NCBI GenBank assembly: GCA_965249575.1
Contig: OZ252244.1
Span: 399,127-463,126, forward strand
From: Gemmatimonadales bacterium
Lineage (GTDB): Bacteria > Gemmatimonadota > Gemmatimonadetes > Gemmatimonadales > GWC2-71-9
Reading direction: 5' to 3'
Length of the DNA: 64,000 nt
Shown: positions 61,164 to 64,000 of the stretch, in pieces
Numbering within the stretch: the first letter of the stretch is position 1
Layout of the letters: each line of letters starts with the position of its first letter
Translations under genes and position numbers: made by a program
Notes under the pieces: generated by a model
The model's input: only the letters and a program-made list of their open reading frames with translations
Told to the model about the DNA's origin: nothing
Database searches by the model: none

Positions 61164-63245
61164 TCAGGGGCCACCCCCGATTTCGAGCCCGAGGTACACA
61201 TTTCGCCCGGGAGCCGGCTCGAAGTAGCGTCCAAACCCGGCATTCACCCGTACCGCCCCCACATACGTTTCATCGAAGAGATTGTGCACGCCCGCGAACG
61301 GACTGAATGCCCAACCGGCGAGATGCCCGTCCCAACCGAACCGAATGCCCGTGGTCACCCACCCGTTATTTCTCGTGCTGTTCGCATCATCCAGGTAGGA
61401 CGATGAGGAATGCGTGACGTCGACCGCCATCCAGAGTCGCGGGGGCGCTTCGAACCGCCCGGTCATGTGGAGGTAATGCTCGGGCACACCGGGGATCGTA
61501 TTCCCATCGAAGATGTCGAGCGCCGTGCGGAACGATTCGAAGCGGTGGCGCGCCAGCGTATACGCCACGCGAAATGAGACCCCCGGGAGCGGCCCCCCCC
61601 CGATCCCAATCTCGACGCCGCTGTGCGTAGACGAGCCCGCGTTGCGAAAGAACCGACGGCCGGGCTCGCCGGGGACCTCGAAGGGGATCAGCTCGTCGCG
61701 CACCGCGGCCCGAAAAGCCGACACGCCGTAGTGCAACGCCTCGCCGACCCGGCCGCGAAGTCCCACTTCCACGGTCGTGGCGCTCTGCGCATTCAACCCC
61801 GGATTGAAGCCGCCGCCACCCTGGGGACGGTTGGCGAGCTCGGTCGTCGTGGGCGTCTCGAACGACGTTCCGACACTAGCGTAGGGCTCGGCCGCCACGT
61901 GGAGGCGCCAGGCGAGGCCCGCGGTACCCGACACAGCCGACATCGTCCGCTTCCCCGAATCATCCCCATCGCCCAACAGACGATCGCTCGCTTGGAAGGA
62001 CACGAGATCCACCCGCGCCCCGACGGTCAGCGTGAGCGGCGGCACAGGCTGAACCGTCGCTTGGAGAAACGGACCGACTTCCGTAACCCGCTCGACCTGG
62101 CTTCGCGTTTCCGCCACCCGTCCGGGATCAAAGTTCCGCCGGTCGTCTCGCTGGCGCTGCAGATCGAATCCCGCCGTGAGCAGCGACGACCCCAGCCCCG
62201 GCGGTCCCGCGAGGGTCGCGCTTGCCCTCGCGCCGTATGCCCAGCGGTCGAGATCGATGAACGCGAAGGACAGCTGATTTGCCAGCGTCCGCCGCAGGCC
62301 GAACAGCGTGACCGCAATCCGGCCGGCCGGCAGGGCATGTTGCAGCGTCACGCCGGCTTGGGACTGCGTCACGTCCTTGCCGGCGTCGGAGGAGAGGTTC
62401 CTGGGATTCGGGGCGGCCGGTGAGCTATCCGCCTCGGCAGCGTTCAGCCCGCCTGGATCCTGAAGGAGCGGCTGATCGGCGACTTGGGCGCGCACGATGA
62501 GTTGGGTGCGCGAGCCAACCGCTTGGCCGACCCTGATGGAGAGTCGGCGCGTGTCTGCCCGGCTGTGTCTCCGGAAGCCGTCCAGCGTCGTTCGCGCAAC
62601 CGACACGGACACGTAGCCGTTCCCCGCGGGAGCGACAACGCCCGCGCGCCATTTCTTGAGTCCATAGGCCCCCCCCACCATATGGGCCCGCGGCTCGGTT
62701 CGGTCTGGTCGAGTCGCCTCACTCCAGAGGCTCACCACGCCCCCGGACGCGTTGCCGTAGAGGGTGGAGGCCGACGTTCGAAGCACCTCGATCGTCTCGA
62801 TTTCAGCGAGATCGACGTTTGTCAGTTGACCCTGGCCGTCCGGGAGCGTTTGCGGAATGCCGTCCAGCAGCACCTTCAGCCCGCGAACGCCAAAGGCCGA
62901 GCGGGCGCCGAACCCGCGGATCGAGAGCTGCTGGTCTTGGGCGTAGTTGTGACGGTTCGCGACCAACACCCCGGGGATCCCGACGAGCGCCTCGTCGAGG
63001 CCAGCTGTCAGCCGTCCGCGCACGGCATCCCGCCGATCCAATACCGTCACCGCATACGGCACCCCGGTCATCGGTTGCGTCGTTCGCGTGACCGTGATCC
63101 GGATCGGATCGAGTAGCGCCGAGTCGCGGGGCTCCGCGCGGATCGTATCGGAGACGGGCTGTTGCGTGGCCCATATCGGCGCGACAACGACGCCGGAGGA
63201 GCACACGAATCCAAGGAAAGTGAGGAGGTACCACCGGAGTTTCAC
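61164..63245 (-). CDS. TonB-dependent receptor
   Basis: The start was moved to GTG 63245 (VKLRWYLLTFLGFVCSSGVVVAPIWA signal). Plug motifs are present (..IEVLRTSASTLYGNASGGVV..) and there is a C-terminal beta-barrel ending ..NVYLGLEIGGGP. Confidence 0.8.
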   Translation of the reverse strand: MKLRWYLLTFLGFVCSSGVVVAPIWATQQPVSDTIRAEPRDSALLDPIRITVTRTTQPMTGVPYAVTVLDRRDAVRGRLTAGLDEALVGIPGVLVANRHNYAQDQQLSIRGFGARSAFGVRGLKVLLDGIPQTLPDGQGQLTNVDLAEIETIEVLRTSASTLYGNASGGVVSLWSEATRPDRTEPRAHMVGGAYGLKKWRAGVVAPAGNGYVSVSVARTTLDGFRRHSRADTRRLSIRVGQAVGSRTQLIVRAQVADQPLLQDPGGLNAAEADSSPAAPNPRNLSSDAGKDVTQSQAGVTLQHALPAGRIAVTLFGLRRTLANQLSFAFIDLDRWAYGARASATLAGPPGLGSSLLTAGFDLQRQRDDRRNFDPGRVAETRSQVERVTEVGPFLQATVQPVPPLTLTVGARVDLVSFQASDRLLGDGDDSGKRTMSAVSGTAGLAWRLHVAAEPYASVGTSFETPTTTELANRPQGGGGFNPGLNAQSATTVEVGLRGRVGEALHYGVSAFRAAVRDELIPFEVPGEPGRRFFRNAGSSTHSGVEIGIGGGPLPGVSFRVAYTLARHRFESFRTALDIFDGNTIPGVPEHYLHMTGRFEAPPRLWMAVDVTHSSSSYLDDANSTRNNGWVTTGIRFGWDGHLAGWAFSPFAGVHNLFDETYVGAVRVNAGFGRYFEPAPGRNVYLGLEIGGGP

Positions 63246-63512
63246 GTCGAGACCGTTCCTCCCTCGAGCCCAGCCGGCGAACTGCTTGCACCCTACGGGC
63301 TTGGCGGTCCAGGGCCATCCGCAGGCGTGCCAGAGGCGCCGGAGCGCTATTGACAGGTGGCGTGCGGACCCCATTATACCTAGCCGGTAGGTTCCACGCA
63401 GGCGCCGATCCCCGGGAATCCCGCCCGGATCGCAGCCTCGAAGCCTCACTTGGTGTGGCTCTCATCCTGCTTGTGGCGCGTGCCGGCCCACATCGCGTGA
63501 GGAGGGCGCGTC

Positions 63513-64000
63513 ATGAACTTCATGTTTCGTGCGTTGGTTGTAGGACTCGCGAGCGTGGCGAGCGTGGCGAGCGCGGTCCAGGGGCAAACCCGCATCATAA
63601 TCGGCCGGGTCACCGACTCGGTCACAACGCGTCCGGTCACCACCGGCGAGGTCGCGGTGTTGGGCACGGACCTCAAAGCCCCAATCAAGGAGGACGGTTC
63701 TTTCGTTCTCAGCGCCCCCATGCGAGAAATCACGCTTGGCGTGAAGGTGAAGGGGTTTCGGGACTCCGAGCTGGTCGTCTCTAGCGACCAGGACTTGGTT
63801 TCCATGAAGGTCACTCGCGACTACTTCGAACTCGACGCTGTGGTGGTGAGCGGACAGGCGACCGGAGTCGGGCGACGGAACCTGGCCAACGCAATCGGGC
63901 AGGTTTCCGAAGAAGACTTGGCAAAATCCCCGCCTCAGAACATGGAGCAGGCGCTCAAGGGCAGGGTGCCGGGCGCTGAAATGCGATCGACCGGCATTCC
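63513..64000 (+). CDS. SusC/RagA-like TonB-linked outer membrane protein, 3' end off-window
   Basis: It is not in the track because there is no stop in the window. ATG 63513 follows GGAGGG. The signal is MNFMFRALVVGLASVASVASAVQG, followed by a carboxypeptidase-regulatory-like domain (IIIGRVTD...GSFVL), then ..VVVSGQATGVGRRNLANAIGQV... Confidence 0.7.
   Translation, partial: MNFMFRALVVGLASVASVASAVQGQTRIIIGRVTDSVTTRPVTTGEVAVLGTDLKAPIKEDGSFVLSAPMREITLGVKVKGFRDSELVVSSDQDLVSMKVTRDYFELDAVVVSGQATGVGRRNLANAIGQVSEEDLAKSPPQNMEQALKGRVPGAEMRSTGI

Noticed and set aside
63246-63512. Cobalamin or other riboswitch upstream of the TonB-dependent receptor
   Set aside because: The leader has GCCACC and some GC-rich pairing but lacks the B12-box and the conserved core order. 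Only promoter-like hexamers are visible (TTGACA at 63350 on the plus strand and TATAAT on the minus strand), and I did not consider them strong enough to list as features.

Overview
This is a high-GC bacterial chromosomal segment. GC values here are judged by eye, not computed. The gene content suggests a Gemmatimonadota- or Acidobacteria-like organism: LVIVD propellers, DUF2723, [17 protein letters not shown]-type Ser/Thr kinase N-termini and many lipoproteins. That assignment is inference only.

Most of the window is ordinary housekeeping DNA with intact reading frames:
- thiC behind a textbook TPP riboswitch
- the minus-strand run nnr, propeller protein, thiL, plsC, eno, ftsB
- glyA, an acyl-CoA dehydrogenase, bioY, a thiolase, thrS and valS
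- selA, purN and purH
- a DUF2723 membrane protein and two TonB-dependent receptors

Four things stand out:
1. An ~8.5 kb integrative island (22743-31210) sits at a tRNA-Met gene. It is bounded by a 46-bp direct repeat. It carries a tyrosine integrase whose catalytic residues appear mutated, and its cargo is a mosaic of gene fragments and AT-richer genes.
2. A family of intergenic tandem heptamer repeats occurs at six or more loci. The units are YAGGKGY / ACCTGRC and TTAGGGG-like. Several loci are arranged as long hairpins.
3. There are unusually many disrupted accessory genes. rpiB carries tandem in-frame stops (TGA TAG), an ICMT-family gene has an in-frame TGA, and an ABC-F gene has two internal deletions.
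4. A 61-aa lipoprotein has cysteine spacing that matches the inhibitor-cystine-knot consensus.

I found no recognisable defence system, CRISPR array, rRNA or intact IS element. Many long ORFs in the supplied track are antisense or out-of-frame artefacts of the high GC content and are not reported.
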